The notes under the pieces are model-generated. The model was given only the letters and a program-made list of their open reading frames with translations. It did no database searches and was not told the DNA's origin. A stretch of 64,000 nucleotides of DNA, from contig CAZVQU010000001.1 of assembly GCA_964629655.1 (NCBI GenBank), forward strand, positions 420,056 through 484,055, written 5' to 3'. This stretch comes from an uncultured Planctomycetia bacterium (GTDB lineage: Bacteria; Omnitrophota; Gorgyraeia; Duberdicusellales; 4484-171). Of the stretch, positions 10,010-20,136 are shown one piece after another. Numbering within the stretch: the first letter of the stretch is position 1; every line of letters starts with the position of its first letter. Position numbers and translations under genes: made by a program.

Positions 10010-11011
10010 CTAAATTTTTACCTCTCTTAAACATTCACTTGCTAATTCCGGCGGTGTAGAATTTATGTAAAATCCTGTTCCCCACTCAAACCCAGCAATT
10101 TTAGTTAACTTAGGCATAAGTTCAACATGCCAATGGCAAAGTTCATTAGTCTCACCGTTAAGTGGACTAGTGTGGATAATAAAATTGTAAGGCGGATTAT
10201 CTAGTAATACTTTCATCCGTAAAAGAATGTCTTTTAATATTCTTGCGAAGCTATTGATTTGGCCTTCACTGATATCGATAAATGAGTGCTGATGCTTCTT
10301 GGGAACTATGCACATCTCAAATGGTGAACGTGAAGCAAAAGGGCAAAAGGCATAAAAGTCATCATTCTCGCAAATCTGGCGTTTTTGCTCTTTCTTCTCC
10401 TGGTCTATCATGTCACAAAACACACAGCTTTTCTTATCCTCAAAATACCGCTGCATGCCTTCAAGTTCTCCACTAACCCGTCTAGGAACCACCGGTAAAG
10501 ATATAAGTTGAGTATGGCTATGTTCTAGGGAAGCTCCAGCAGCTAAACCGTAATTTTTAAATATCAATACATATTTGAAACGTTTATCTTCACCTAATAC
10601 AAGACTTCTTCTCTTGTAAGCAGTTATTACTCTTTTAATCTCATCAACACTTAAATCAGCCAGCTGCCTATCATGACTAGGGGTCTCTATAATGACCTCA
10701 TGCTGGCCTACCCCCCTCATAATATCAAAAATTCCTCTACTCTTCTTTCCTAAATCAGATACATTTTCTAAAGCTGGATACTTGTTAGGCACTGTTCTGA
10801 TTAACCATCCCGGAGTATCTCCGTCAGTAGCCGAAGGCCTATCAGCATCAACCTCAGGAGGCGTCAGCTTTTCATTACCTTCACAAAAAGGACAAGAGTC
10901 GTTTTCAGCAATAGCATCTTTCTCAGGCTTAAAATCACTGGGCCTTTTTCCCCGTTCAGTAGCAATAATAACCCAACGTCCGATTATAGGATCTTTTCTT
11001 AGTTCTGGCAT
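10010..11011 (-). CDS. galT: Galactose-1-phosphate uridylyltransferase family protein (HIT superfamily GalT-type)
   Basis: Zn-binding CxxC (SCPFCEGNE). His-x-His nucleotidyl-transfer motif (EHSHTQ). Length 333 aa. Confidence 0.65.
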   Translation of the reverse strand: MPELRKDPIIGRWVIIATERGKRPSDFKPEKDAIAENDSCPFCEGNEKLTPPEVDADRPSATDGDTPGWLIRTVPNKYPALENVSDLGKKSRGIFDIMRGVGQHEVIIETPSHDRQLADLSVDEIKRVITAYKRRSLVLGEDKRFKYVLIFKNYGLAAGASLEHSHTQLISLPVVPRRVSGELEGMQRYFEDKKSCVFCDMIDQEKKEQKRQICENDDFYAFCPFASRSPFEMCIVPKKHQHSFIDISEGQINSFARILKDILLRMKVLLDNPPYNFIIHTSPLNGETNELCHWHVELMPKLTKIAGFEWGTGFYINSTPPELASECLREVKI

Positions 11012-11088
11012 ATCTTCTAAATTGGCCTAGAATTCAGTGTTTTTCTGGGAAATTATTATAGCAATCGTAAGGCAAAATGCAAAGGATT

Positions 11089-12288
11089 TTATTGAAGGAT
11101 TAGTTTTAAAAATCTCTTCTTGCCAACCTTAAAAATTGCTCCTTGAGGAGAAATCTTTAAGCTCTGTTCTTTCAAAACAGTAATTACTTTAGCCTCTGAA
11201 TCTAGGAGAGAAATACCTCCTTGAGATAAGAGCCTGCGAGCTTCATTTTTAGAAGCCACCAGCTTCGCATTATGTAGAATCTCTATTATATCTACTGTAG
11301 ATTCTTCTACTTTCAATGTCGGTATCTCTTTAGGCAATTGGCCTTGAGAAAATACCTTTTCGAACTCTTTTCTTTCCTTTGCCCCTCTTCCTTTCGAATG
11401 GTAAAAAGAAACAATACTCTCAGCTAAATCTAGCTTAACCTCTTTAGGATGATTATTTTTTAACTCTTCGGGGTTAAAATCACTAAGAAGCCTGATGTAT
11501 TCCCACATAACCTCATCGGAAATACTCATTATTTTGCCAAACATAGATTTAGAACCCTCGGTTATGCCGATATAATTATTCAAAGACTTTGACATTTTAT
11601 TTTTCCCATCTAAACCTACTAAAATAGGCATAGTAACAATTGCCTGTGGAGATTGCCCGAGGATTTGCTGGAGATGCCGGCCAACAATTAAGTTAAACTT
11701 TTGGTCAGTTCCGCCAAACTCAATATCAGCTTCCATCTTATAAGAATCATACCCTTGTATTAAGGGGTAGATTATTTCTAAAACGGTAAGGGGTTTACCT
11801 TCTTTTATTCTCTTCGAGAAGTCGTCACGCTCTAGTATCCTGGCTATAGTATAAGAAGATAGTAGAGATAAAAACTTAGGCAGTCCTATTTTTTTATACC
11901 AAATGCTATTGTTGATTATCTTGGTCTTCTTTTTGTCTAAAATTTTAAATACTTGCTGGATATAGGTAGCGGCATTGGCTTTGATTTCTCTATCGGTTAA
12001 GACCGGGCGCAAGGTGCTTCTTTGAGAAGGATCCCCTATCTTAGCAGTAAAATCACCTATAATAAGGTAAACCTTATGGCCTAAATCCTGCAGTTTACGT
12101 AATTTTCTAAGAAGTACACTATGTCCTAGGTGGATATCTTTTGCGGTGGGATCAAAGCCAATCTTTAGCTTAAGAGGCTTATTCTTCTTAAAAGAGTTCT
12201 CTAGCTTAAGAGCTAACTCTTTCTCAACAATTAAGTCAACTGCATTCTCTTTTATGAGTTCAAGATGTTGGGATATCTTGCTCTTCAT
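11089..12288 (-). CDS. tyrS: Tyrosine--tRNA ligase
   Basis: Class I HIGH motif (DIHLGH) and KMSKS motif present. C-terminal S4-like domain. Confidence 0.9.
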   Translation of the reverse strand: MKSKISQHLELIKENAVDLIVEKELALKLENSFKKNKPLKLKIGFDPTAKDIHLGHSVLLRKLRKLQDLGHKVYLIIGDFTAKIGDPSQRSTLRPVLTDREIKANAATYIQQVFKILDKKKTKIINNSIWYKKIGLPKFLSLLSSYTIARILERDDFSKRIKEGKPLTVLEIIYPLIQGYDSYKMEADIEFGGTDQKFNLIVGRHLQQILGQSPQAIVTMPILVGLDGKNKMSKSLNNYIGITEGSKSMFGKIMSISDEVMWEYIRLLSDFNPEELKNNHPKEVKLDLAESIVSFYHSKGRGAKERKEFEKVFSQGQLPKEIPTLKVEESTVDIIEILHNAKLVASKNEARRLLSQGGISLLDSEAKVITVLKEQSLKISPQGAIFKVGKKRFLKLILQ

Positions 12289-13828
12289 CTATTTTTGCTG
12301 AAAGACCGATCTTTGCTGAACCTTGATCGATTTTTATTATCTTAACCTTAATCTTCTCGCCGGCCTTAAGCTTCTCCATGGCTTCTTTTTCTATCTCTCC
12401 AGAAAAAACTAAGCCCTCTAAAGCTTCATCTATGCCTACAAACACACCGAAGTTAGTAATCTTGATTACTTCTCCTTCTACGACTTTTCCTATCGGGAAT
12501 TTCTCGAGAATCTGAGGCCAAGGATCTTCCTTTAATTGTTTTATGCCTAGAATAACTTTTTTGTTACTTCGATCTAGGCCTAGAGCTTTCCACTCATAAC
12601 CATGCCCTCTTTTTAAAACTTCTTGGGCCCGAGTAAGCCTCTTGGTCCAAGAAATGTCTTCGTTATAAATTATTCCTTCCAAACCATTATCTAGCTCTAC
12701 ATAGGCACACCCATCACCGAAACCGCTGACTTTACCAGCGATTACGCTATCAATAGTGATTAGCTTCTCTACATCTTCCCAAGGATCTTTCTCTAATTGT
12801 TTTATGCTCAAGGAGATCTTTCTTTCGGCGGAATCAACGCTGATTATCCTTGCCTCTACAGTATCACCAATAGCAAAGGCATCCTGCAAATTGATGAATC
12901 TCTTTGTCCACGAGACTTCGCTTATATGGACTAAACCTTCGATTCCCTTTTCCAGCTCTACGAATATCCCATAATTTTGGATATTAGTGATTCTTCCCTT
13001 AATTAAGGACCCTACCGGGAACTTATCGTCTATTTCTTTCCAAGGATCAGGTGTAGTTTGCTTTAAACCAAGAGAGATTTTGCCCTTCTCCTTATCGAAC
13101 CTTAAAACCATTACTTGGATATCATCTCCGACAGCAACAATCTCTGAAGGATGGGTAATCTTTTTCCAGCTCATATCAGCTATATGAAGAAGCCCGTCTA
13201 CTCCACCTAGGTCAATGAAAGCACCGAAGTTAGTGATACTCTTTACGCGCCCTTTTATTATCTCACCGTCTTTAAGTTCTTCCCAAATCTTCTTGCGAGC
13301 AACTTCCCTCTCTGCCCTAACAGCATCTTTACGAGAAACAATGAAACTGCCCTTAACCTTATTCATCTTTATGATTTGGAACTTAAACACCTTGCTCATC
13401 ACATCTTCATCCTCAAAGGTTCTAAACGAAGACAGGCTCTGAGGAAGAAATCCGTCCACTCCAAAGATATTCACTATATACCCGCCTTTTACTTTGCGCG
13501 AAACCATACCCTCTACCAGGTCTCCCTCTTTGAAACTTTCAACCAGAGTTAACCATCCTTTTGCCTCTCTAGCTCTCTTAAAAGAAAGGACGATTTTTCC
13601 ATCCTCATCTTCAACGTTCTCGACATAGATATCGATCTCTTTTAAGCTTTCTATGTCGACTCCTTTGAACTCATCGCGAAGGATTACCCCCTCAGATTTG
13701 TAGCCGACATCGACTATAACCTCAGTAGGGTTTACGACAATAACCTTGCCAGTTATAATCTCCCCCTCTTTTAATTCCTTGATCGAATCATAGTAAGCAT
13801 TAGCCAATTCTGTAGATACCTTTTCCAT
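12260..13828 (-). CDS. rpsA: 30S ribosomal protein S1
   Basis: Multiple tandem S1 OB-fold repeats (GxV..I..FG.F..L). Length 522 aa. Confidence 0.85.
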   Translation of the reverse strand: MEKVSTELANAYYDSIKELKEGEIITGKVIVVNPTEVIVDVGYKSEGVILRDEFKGVDIESLKEIDIYVENVEDEDGKIVLSFKRAREAKGWLTLVESFKEGDLVEGMVSRKVKGGYIVNIFGVDGFLPQSLSSFRTFEDEDVMSKVFKFQIIKMNKVKGSFIVSRKDAVRAEREVARKKIWEELKDGEIIKGRVKSITNFGAFIDLGGVDGLLHIADMSWKKITHPSEIVAVGDDIQVMVLRFDKEKGKISLGLKQTTPDPWKEIDDKFPVGSLIKGRITNIQNYGIFVELEKGIEGLVHISEVSWTKRFINLQDAFAIGDTVEARIISVDSAERKISLSIKQLEKDPWEDVEKLITIDSVIAGKVSGFGDGCAYVELDNGLEGIIYNEDISWTKRLTRAQEVLKRGHGYEWKALGLDRSNKKVILGIKQLKEDPWPQILEKFPIGKVVEGEVIKITNFGVFVGIDEALEGLVFSGEIEKEAMEKLKAGEKIKVKIIKIDQGSAKIGLSAKIDEEQDIPTS

Positions 13829-13901
13829 TTTTCTTTAGTCCTCCTTAAAAAATTTTTACAATTATCTCCTAAATCACTACATTTGTCAATGGTAAACCTT
13901 T

Positions 13902-14471
13902 TTAAAGGTTTTTTATCTTATCCATGACTTTTCGGGTAATATCCTCATAGTTATCACCCTCCTCTATATTGTCAACTCTAGAAAAAATAACCTTTATTAC
14001 ACCTTTGTTAAAAAACCTCGCTCCCTTAGAAGACTCTTTTCCAACTCCGTAAATTCTTGCCACAACTATAGGGACTTTAGCCTTCCTGCAAAGAAAACCT
14101 ACCCCATTATTAGCTGCTTCCAGGCTAACTCCACGCGTACCCTGGGGAAAAATAGCTAAAGGTTTATTCTTAAGCACCTTGAGCGCTAAACGCACAGCCC
14201 TAATATCATTCTGCCCTCTCTTTAAAGGTGTTAGGCCTATACTCCTAAAGTATGAAGCAGACATCTTGCTGTTAAATAACTCCTGTTTAGCAAGAAAGCT
14301 TACCTTACGCGGAGAAGCAACAGCCAAAAGGGGTGGATCTAAGTTACTTAAGTGGTTTGCGGCTAAGATAAAAGGACCTTTCTTGGGAATAGATCCTTTT
14401 CCTTCTATCTTTAGGGTATAAAATAATTTTAAATAGCAATATACTAAAAAAGCAGATGCCCTATAAATCAT
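13902..14471 (-). CDS. plsC: 1-acyl-sn-glycerol-3-phosphate acyltransferase
   Basis: HX4D acyltransferase motif (ANHLSNLDPP) and FPQGTR motif. Confidence 0.7.
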   Translation of the reverse strand: MIYRASAFLVYCYLKLFYTLKIEGKGSIPKKGPFILAANHLSNLDPPLLAVASPRKVSFLAKQELFNSKMSASYFRSIGLTPLKRGQNDIRAVRLALKVLKNKPLAIFPQGTRGVSLEAANNGVGFLCRKAKVPIVVARIYGVGKESSKGARFFNKGVIKVIFSRVDNIEEGDNYEDITRKVMDKIKNL

Positions 14472-15855
14472 AAACTTTTCTCTTACCTAAAACAACGAGC
14501 CTTTCAGCTTCTTTTCTGCTCTTACTTTCGGCATAAACTCTTACAATTGGCTCTGTCCCGGATTTTCTAAACATAAGCCAGCAATCCTTAGCTATCAACT
14601 TTATTCCATCAAGCGTATTTATCCTTTCGATTTTTTTGCCATGAAGCGAAGTTGGTAATTTCATATCTGACAAACCCTTCCTAATACTTTTTACCGGAAT
14701 AGCTGTACGACTATAGTAATAACGTCCATATTTCTTGTAGAAATTAGCTAAGATAGTATTGAACTTTTTGCCTTCCTCAGCAACCATTTCCAAAAGAAGA
14801 AGAAATGCTGCTGAGCCATCTCTTTCAGGGATATAACCTTTAAAGCCAATCCCTCCGGCCTCTTCTCCGCCGATACAAATAAGATTATTTTTAAATAAAT
14901 TAGATATGTATTTAAAACCTACCGGGGTCTCATAGCAAGCCACTCCTAACGAAAGAGCCACCTTATCAATCACATTGCTACCAACAACTGTTTTAGCAAT
15001 TCCGCCCTTAGCCTTTCGGTTCTTAACCATATGGATAGCTAAAAGAGGTAAGATAACCTGAGCATTTATGTAATTACCGTTACCGTCAACCATAGCAATT
15101 CTGTCAGCATCGCCGTCTAGAACTATCCCCAAATCATACTTTCCTTTTTTCATCTTAGCTATAAGTTCTCCTAAACTACTAGCTATCGGTTCGGGACGAA
15201 TCCCGCCGAAAGAAGGATTAATTTCATTATGCAAGTAATCTATCCTGATGTTGCTTGGGCCTAATACTCTCTCAACAAAATCGTCGCCGGAACCATACAT
15301 TACATCAACCAAGACTTTCAGTTTTAGTTTTTTTATTCTTTTTATATTTATGAATTTTTTTAAGAAATCCATATAATCGACAGTTAAATCTTTTACGGCT
15401 AACAAATTCTTCTTTTTGGCCAAAGCTATATCGATATACTTAAGTTTACTCCTACCTAAAAGGCTTTCCACCTTATCGGTAAGAAACTTATCGGCGGAAC
15501 CGCCCTCAGGGGTCTTAATCTTTAAGCCGTTAAATCTTGCCGGGTTATGAGACGCTGTAATCATAACGCCTAAATCATACTTCTTGTTTCGACAATGGAG
15601 ACTTACGGCCGGAGTAGGCACATCTCTATTCGATAGGGTAACTTTTATTTTATTGGCTGCCAGGACACAACCTACAGTTTGGGCAAATTCTTTGGATAAG
15701 AATCGACGATCATACCCAATAACAACCTTTTTACTCTTAGTCTTTTTGTTCCCTTTTAAGTAATCAGAGATTGCTTGAGAAACAATCTTTATGTTTTCAA
15801 AAGTAAAATCTTCAGCTATAATTGCTCGCCATCCGTCCGTGCCAAACTTAATCAT
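14461..15855 (-). CDS. Phosphoglucomutase/phosphomannomutase family protein
   Basis: Active-site phosphoserine loop TASHNPARFNG. Mg-binding DGDADR. Four-domain length of 464 aa. Confidence 0.8.
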   Translation of the reverse strand: MIKFGTDGWRAIIAEDFTFENIKIVSQAISDYLKGNKKTKSKKVVIGYDRRFLSKEFAQTVGCVLAANKIKVTLSNRDVPTPAVSLHCRNKKYDLGVMITASHNPARFNGLKIKTPEGGSADKFLTDKVESLLGRSKLKYIDIALAKKKNLLAVKDLTVDYMDFLKKFINIKRIKKLKLKVLVDVMYGSGDDFVERVLGPSNIRIDYLHNEINPSFGGIRPEPIASSLGELIAKMKKGKYDLGIVLDGDADRIAMVDGNGNYINAQVILPLLAIHMVKNRKAKGGIAKTVVGSNVIDKVALSLGVACYETPVGFKYISNLFKNNLICIGGEEAGGIGFKGYIPERDGSAAFLLLLEMVAEEGKKFNTILANFYKKYGRYYYSRTAIPVKSIRKGLSDMKLPTSLHGKKIERINTLDGIKLIAKDCWLMFRKSGTEPIVRVYAESKSRKEAERLVVLGKRKVYDL

Positions 15856-15866
15856 TGGTCCTCCTT

Positions 15867-16430
15867 TTAGCTTTTATAAAAATTATGCTCTTGTATGTAA
15901 TTAGCTACTTCTTCCTTGACTAAACCTTTTATCGAAGACCCCTTTTTTACTAATTCCCGTATTTGAGATGAAGATAGCTCTATCTGCCGAATATCTACTA
16001 CTAAATAAGGGCTTCTCTTGTCTAAGGGATATTCCCTGCGATTAGCAACTACTACTTTGACCTCTTTCTTAATATCTTCATAATTCTTCCAAGAAGAAAA
16101 TTCATTTGCTAAGTCTGAACCAATAATAAGATAAAATTCATCCTCGGGATACCTCTTCTTTAATTCCCGAACAGTATCAATAGTAAAAGAAGTACCGCCT
16201 CTTTCTATCTCTAAGTCTAATATTCCAAAAGCCTCATTACCTGAAGTTGCCAATTTTACCATTCCCAACCTTGCCTGTCCATCAACACCGTTGTTTTTTT
16301 TATGCGGAGATGTGCTTGTAGGGACAAAAAAAACCTTATCTAACTTAAGAGCATCCAAAATATCTTGGGCTATGATAAGATGGCCAGTGTGAGGCGGATT
16401 GAATGTTCCTCCGAGTATCCCTATCTTCAT
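15867..16430 (-). CDS. nadD: Nicotinate-nucleotide adenylyltransferase
   Basis: GGTFNPPHTGH (H/T)xGH nucleotidyltransferase motif. Length 187 aa. Confidence 0.8.
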   Translation of the reverse strand: MKIGILGGTFNPPHTGHLIIAQDILDALKLDKVFFVPTSTSPHKKNNGVDGQARLGMVKLATSGNEAFGILDLEIERGGTSFTIDTVRELKKRYPEDEFYLIIGSDLANEFSSWKNYEDIKKEVKVVVANRREYPLDKRSPYLVVDIRQIELSSSQIRELVKKGSSIKGLVKEEVANYIQEHNFYKS

Positions 16431-16432
16431 CT

Positions 16433-17683
16433 CTACTTCCTTATCTGTCCTGTTCCTGTAACTACATACTTATATGTAGTTAATTCCTCTAACCCCATTG
16501 GCCCTCGGGCATGAAGTTTGTCAGTAGAAATTCCGATTTCTGCTCCCAAGCCAAATTGATAACCATCACTAAAACGGGTAGAAATATTACTAAAGCAACA
16601 GGCAGAATCCACCTCTTTTACAAACCTATTAGCATTCCTAAGATCTTTAGTAAGAATGCTATCGGTATGGTGCGAACCATAGAGATTAATATGCTCGATT
16701 GCTTCCTGAACCGACCTTACGATTCTTACTGAAACAATCAAATCAAGGTACTCTGTAGTCCAATCCTTATTATTTGCTTTCTTTATACCGGATAATAGTT
16801 TTACTGTTTTAGAATCCCCTCGCATCTCAACGCCGCATCTATCAAACTCTTTCTTAAGATAGGGTAAAAATTTACTTGCTGAAGATTGGTGGATGAGAAT
16901 AGTCTCAACAGCATTACAGACCGAAGGCCTTTGCGCCTTAGCATTTACACAAATTTTTAAAGCCTGCTTTAAATCAAACTTTTTATCTACATAGATATGG
17001 CATATCCCTTTGTAATGTTTTATTACTGGTATCCGGGAAGTATTGGCAACTTTTCTTATCAGAGCCTCGCCTCCTCTAGGAATAACCAAATCGATATGCT
17101 GATCAGCTCCTAAGAGTTCATTTACTACTTTATGGTCTGTTTTATCAACCACAAAAAATACCGGAAAGTTAATGCCACTCCTTCGCAAAGCTCTTCCCAA
17201 GACTTTACCTATGGCCTTATTAGAGTTTATAGCATTGCCTCCGCCTCTTAATATTCCAATATTAGAGGTTTTAAACAGCAGGCCGACACAATCACTAGTG
17301 ACATTAGGTCTTGCCTCGTAGACGATCAAAACAACGCCTATCGGAACTCTCACCTTCTTAACTACCATCCGATTAGGTCTTTTCCTTGTTAATATAGTCT
17401 CACCGACAGGATCGGCTAAGTGTGCTACTGCCTTTAGAGAAGTACTCATCTCTTCCAAGCGCTTATTGCTTAAAGTAAGCCGGTCAATAAAGTTCTTTTT
17501 TAAGTTCTTCTTAACGGCTTGGGCGATATCTTTCTTATTCTCCCGCAGGATAAATTTCTTCTCATCTTTTAAAGCTTTAGCCATATTTTTAAGAGCCTTA
17601 TTCTTCTGGCCAGTAGTTAACTTTGCTAGATTATAACTAGCGGCTCTGGCTTGTTTTACTAATTTTTTAACGTAGCTACTCAT
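16433..17683 (-). CDS. proA: Gamma-glutamyl phosphate reductase
   Basis: ALDH-like fold. Start moved to the internal ATG (MSSYVKK) at 17683, which removes the 47-nt overlap with proB in the longest ORF. The proB-proA order is conserved. Confidence 0.85.
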   Translation of the reverse strand: MSSYVKKLVKQARAASYNLAKLTTGQKNKALKNMAKALKDEKKFILRENKKDIAQAVKKNLKKNFIDRLTLSNKRLEEMSTSLKAVAHLADPVGETILTRKRPNRMVVKKVRVPIGVVLIVYEARPNVTSDCVGLLFKTSNIGILRGGGNAINSNKAIGKVLGRALRRSGINFPVFFVVDKTDHKVVNELLGADQHIDLVIPRGGEALIRKVANTSRIPVIKHYKGICHIYVDKKFDLKQALKICVNAKAQRPSVCNAVETILIHQSSASKFLPYLKKEFDRCGVEMRGDSKTVKLLSGIKKANNKDWTTEYLDLIVSVRIVRSVQEAIEHINLYGSHHTDSILTKDLRNANRFVKEVDSACCFSNISTRFSDGYQFGLGAEIGISTDKLHARGPMGLEELTTYKYVVTGTGQIRK

Positions 17684-17696
17684 ATTAATCTCTTGT

Positions 17697-18773
17697 TTAT
17701 TTCTTATGATAAGACCAGCCTTGGGCCACCTTAACAAAATCATCCCTATGAATTACTTCCTTGCTAAAACGCTTAGTCTTATTATTCTTAAAATCATCGG
17801 AGCTATAATTAACTAGGCCGCAACCTACGGCTTCTCCTTGGCTACCAACTATTACAACTGCATCACCTTTGTTGAATCCTGGCGTAACTTTTGTAATCCC
17901 AACGCCCAACAGGCTTTTACCTTTATTTAATAGAGCATCTTTAGCGCCGTCATCTATAGTAATTACACCTTTTATTTGTTTACTATCAATCCAGCGTTTA
18001 CGTGATCTTTCAATTTTCTGACTTGGCAAAAAGAGCGTACCAATGCCATCACCTTTTACTATACGTGAAATAACATCTTTTTTCATGCCATTGGCAATTA
18101 TTGTTCTTATTCCCGAAAGATTAGCTTTTGTTGCAGCCATCAATTTTGTATCCATGCCGCCCTTAGTATGGGTCTTGTCCTGTTTCTTAACCAAAGCCTT
18201 TATCCTGTCGTCTATCTGGGTAACTTCCTTAACCAGCCTCTCTCCATCAAGCAAACCTTCTATGTCGGAAAGGATTATCAACTGCCCGGCTCCAATTAAA
18301 TCAGCTACGAATGCTGAAAGACGATCATTGTCACCAATGCCAATCTCCTCATGAGACACAACATCGTTCTCGTTTATTATCGGCATAGCGCCAATAGCTA
18401 GAAGTTTTTCTATAGTCTTTCGAATATTCACAAACCGCCTACGATTATCAAAGTCATCCCAGGTAAGAAGAACTTGAGCACATATTCGTCTATGCTTTTT
18501 AAACTCAGCATTAAACATATCCATCAAGGTAATTTGGCCCAAAGAAGAAATCGCCATAAGCGCATGCACATCCTTAGGCTTCCTCTTTAACTTGAGCTGG
18601 TTTAGGCCGCAAGCAATCGCCCCTGAGCTTACCAAAATAACTTTATAGCCTTCTCGCTCAACCGAAAGGATATCCCCCACCAGTCGCGAGACTAACTTTG
18701 AATTTAGTTTACCCTTGGGAGCAATAACGCTACTTCCGATTTTTACTACAATTTTTTTCGCTTCTTTTGCCAT
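17697..18773 (-). CDS. proB: Glutamate 5-kinase with C-terminal PUA domain
   Basis: Amino-acid kinase fold (VVKIGSS, SDIEGL). C-terminal PUA-like region. Confidence 0.85.
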   Translation of the reverse strand: MAKEAKKIVVKIGSSVIAPKGKLNSKLVSRLVGDILSVEREGYKVILVSSGAIACGLNQLKLKRKPKDVHALMAISSLGQITLMDMFNAEFKKHRRICAQVLLTWDDFDNRRRFVNIRKTIEKLLAIGAMPIINENDVVSHEEIGIGDNDRLSAFVADLIGAGQLIILSDIEGLLDGERLVKEVTQIDDRIKALVKKQDKTHTKGGMDTKLMAATKANLSGIRTIIANGMKKDVISRIVKGDGIGTLFLPSQKIERSRKRWIDSKQIKGVITIDDGAKDALLNKGKSLLGVGITKVTPGFNKGDAVVIVGSQGEAVGCGLVNYSSDDFKNNKTKRFSKEVIHRDDFVKVAQGWSYHKK

Positions 18774-18788
18774 AATATCCGCCTCAGA

Positions 18789-19706
18789 TTACAGCTGGCC
18801 TAAACTTTTAGATATCTTTTTTTTAAGAACCTCAACTGTTTTGGGTTTATTTATTGACATAGCCAGAAACCCCTTCTTAGCCTTCTTTCTATCTATTGTA
18901 TCAATTTTAGTCAACAAGTAAAAAATTTTTTTCGTCTCTAGCAAAGATTCCTCGAATAGGGAAACCTCTTTCTTCAGCTCTTTATAGTCTTCCTCAGCTG
19001 ATAGCTTATCGCTTAACAACAAGAGTATTTTACTACGAAAAATGTGCCTTAAAAATTTATTTTCTGCCAAGTGTAAAGAATCTCTGCTCTTCTTGAAAGG
19101 TGGATTGTCCAAGACTACAAATCTCTCAAACTCATAGTCGCTATTGGCCCAAAAACAAGTGGTAGTAGTAAAAGCATATTCTGCCACCTTACGCTCCTGA
19201 CCGGTCAAGGCATTAAAAAGAGAGGTTTTCCCACTATTGGCAAATCCTAAAATGGCTACATCATTAGGAATACGATAATCTAAGGTTACTTCTTTCTCTT
19301 GGAATCCTTGGGCCGGTACAAGGTAATCACGCTTATAATTGCCCTTGCCGCCTCTTCCGCCCTTGCATATCAGGAATTCTGCGCCTTCGCCAACTAAATC
19401 AGCTATAACTTTATCATCTTCTAAGACTAGTGTCCCTGAAGGAACATTAACAATTAAATCTTCGGCGTCTCTGCCTTTCTGATTTTTCGCCCTTCCTTTA
19501 TCTCCATTAGAAGCAATAAACTTCTTACTGCCTTTAAACTTGCTCAAATCATAGAGATGAAGATTGACTCTTAAAATAACATCTCCACCTTTGCCTCCAT
19601 CTCCTCCGGAAGCAACCACTTTGCGTGAAGAGAGACTGGTCAAAGTTGAACTTCCTTGGCCACCTTTGCCTGAACGAAGATAGATTGTTACCTTATCGAT
19701 TATCAC
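18789..19706 (-). CDS. obg: GTPase Obg/CgtA
   Basis: Gly-rich Obg fold (GGDGGKGGDV, GGRGGKGN). G1 P-loop GFANSGKTSLFNALT. The YAFTTT switch region is present. Short (305 aa) with no extended C-terminal domain. Confidence 0.8.
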   Translation of the reverse strand: MIIDKVTIYLRSGKGGQGSSTLTSLSSRKVVASGGDGGKGGDVILRVNLHLYDLSKFKGSKKFIASNGDKGRAKNQKGRDAEDLIVNVPSGTLVLEDDKVIADLVGEGAEFLICKGGRGGKGNYKRDYLVPAQGFQEKEVTLDYRIPNDVAILGFANSGKTSLFNALTGQERKVAEYAFTTTTCFWANSDYEFERFVVLDNPPFKKSRDSLHLAENKFLRHIFRSKILLLLSDKLSAEEDYKELKKEVSLFEESLLETKKIFYLLTKIDTIDRKKAKKGFLAMSINKPKTVEVLKKKISKSLGQL

Positions 19707-20056
19707 TTTGATGAACTTTGAGAAACCTGCTTGCCAGCAGGTAGGGGCGATGTAACAATGCGGGTAATCTTAATAGCAGTGTAAATCTGACGATGTCCTC
19801 TTTTTATACGATATTTTTTTCTACGCTTGTACTTATAAACTATGACCTTCTTGCCTTTCTTCTCCTCGACTATTTGTGCTTCTACCCTTGCCTTATCAAC
19901 ATAAGGAGTCCCTATTTTCACTTTTTTGCCATCAACTAGAAGAAGAACCTTATCGAAAACGGCCTTATCCTTCTCGCCCTTTATCCTTTGGACTTCAAGG
20001 ATATCGCCCTTTTCTACCAAATATTGCTTTTTATTGATCTCAACTACTGCTAACAT
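19703..20056 (-). CDS. rplU: 50S ribosomal protein L21
   Basis: MLAVVEINKKQY...KRGHRQ matches the L21 family. Start set at the ATG at 20056, although longer TTG/ATG starts exist at 20083 and 20074. It overlaps obg by 4 nt. No rpmA (L27) gene lies between rplU and obg. Confidence 0.8.
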   Translation of the reverse strand: MLAVVEINKKQYLVEKGDILEVQRIKGEKDKAVFDKVLLLVDGKKVKIGTPYVDKARVEAQIVEEKKGKKVIVYKYKRRKKYRIKRGHRQIYTAIKITRIVTSPLPAGKQVSQSSSK

Positions 20057-20136
20057 AGGGTAAGATATTAACATATTGACCAAAATGCGTCAAGCCATAA
20101 AAAAGGGGGAAATTAAAATGGACACATGCCCATTTC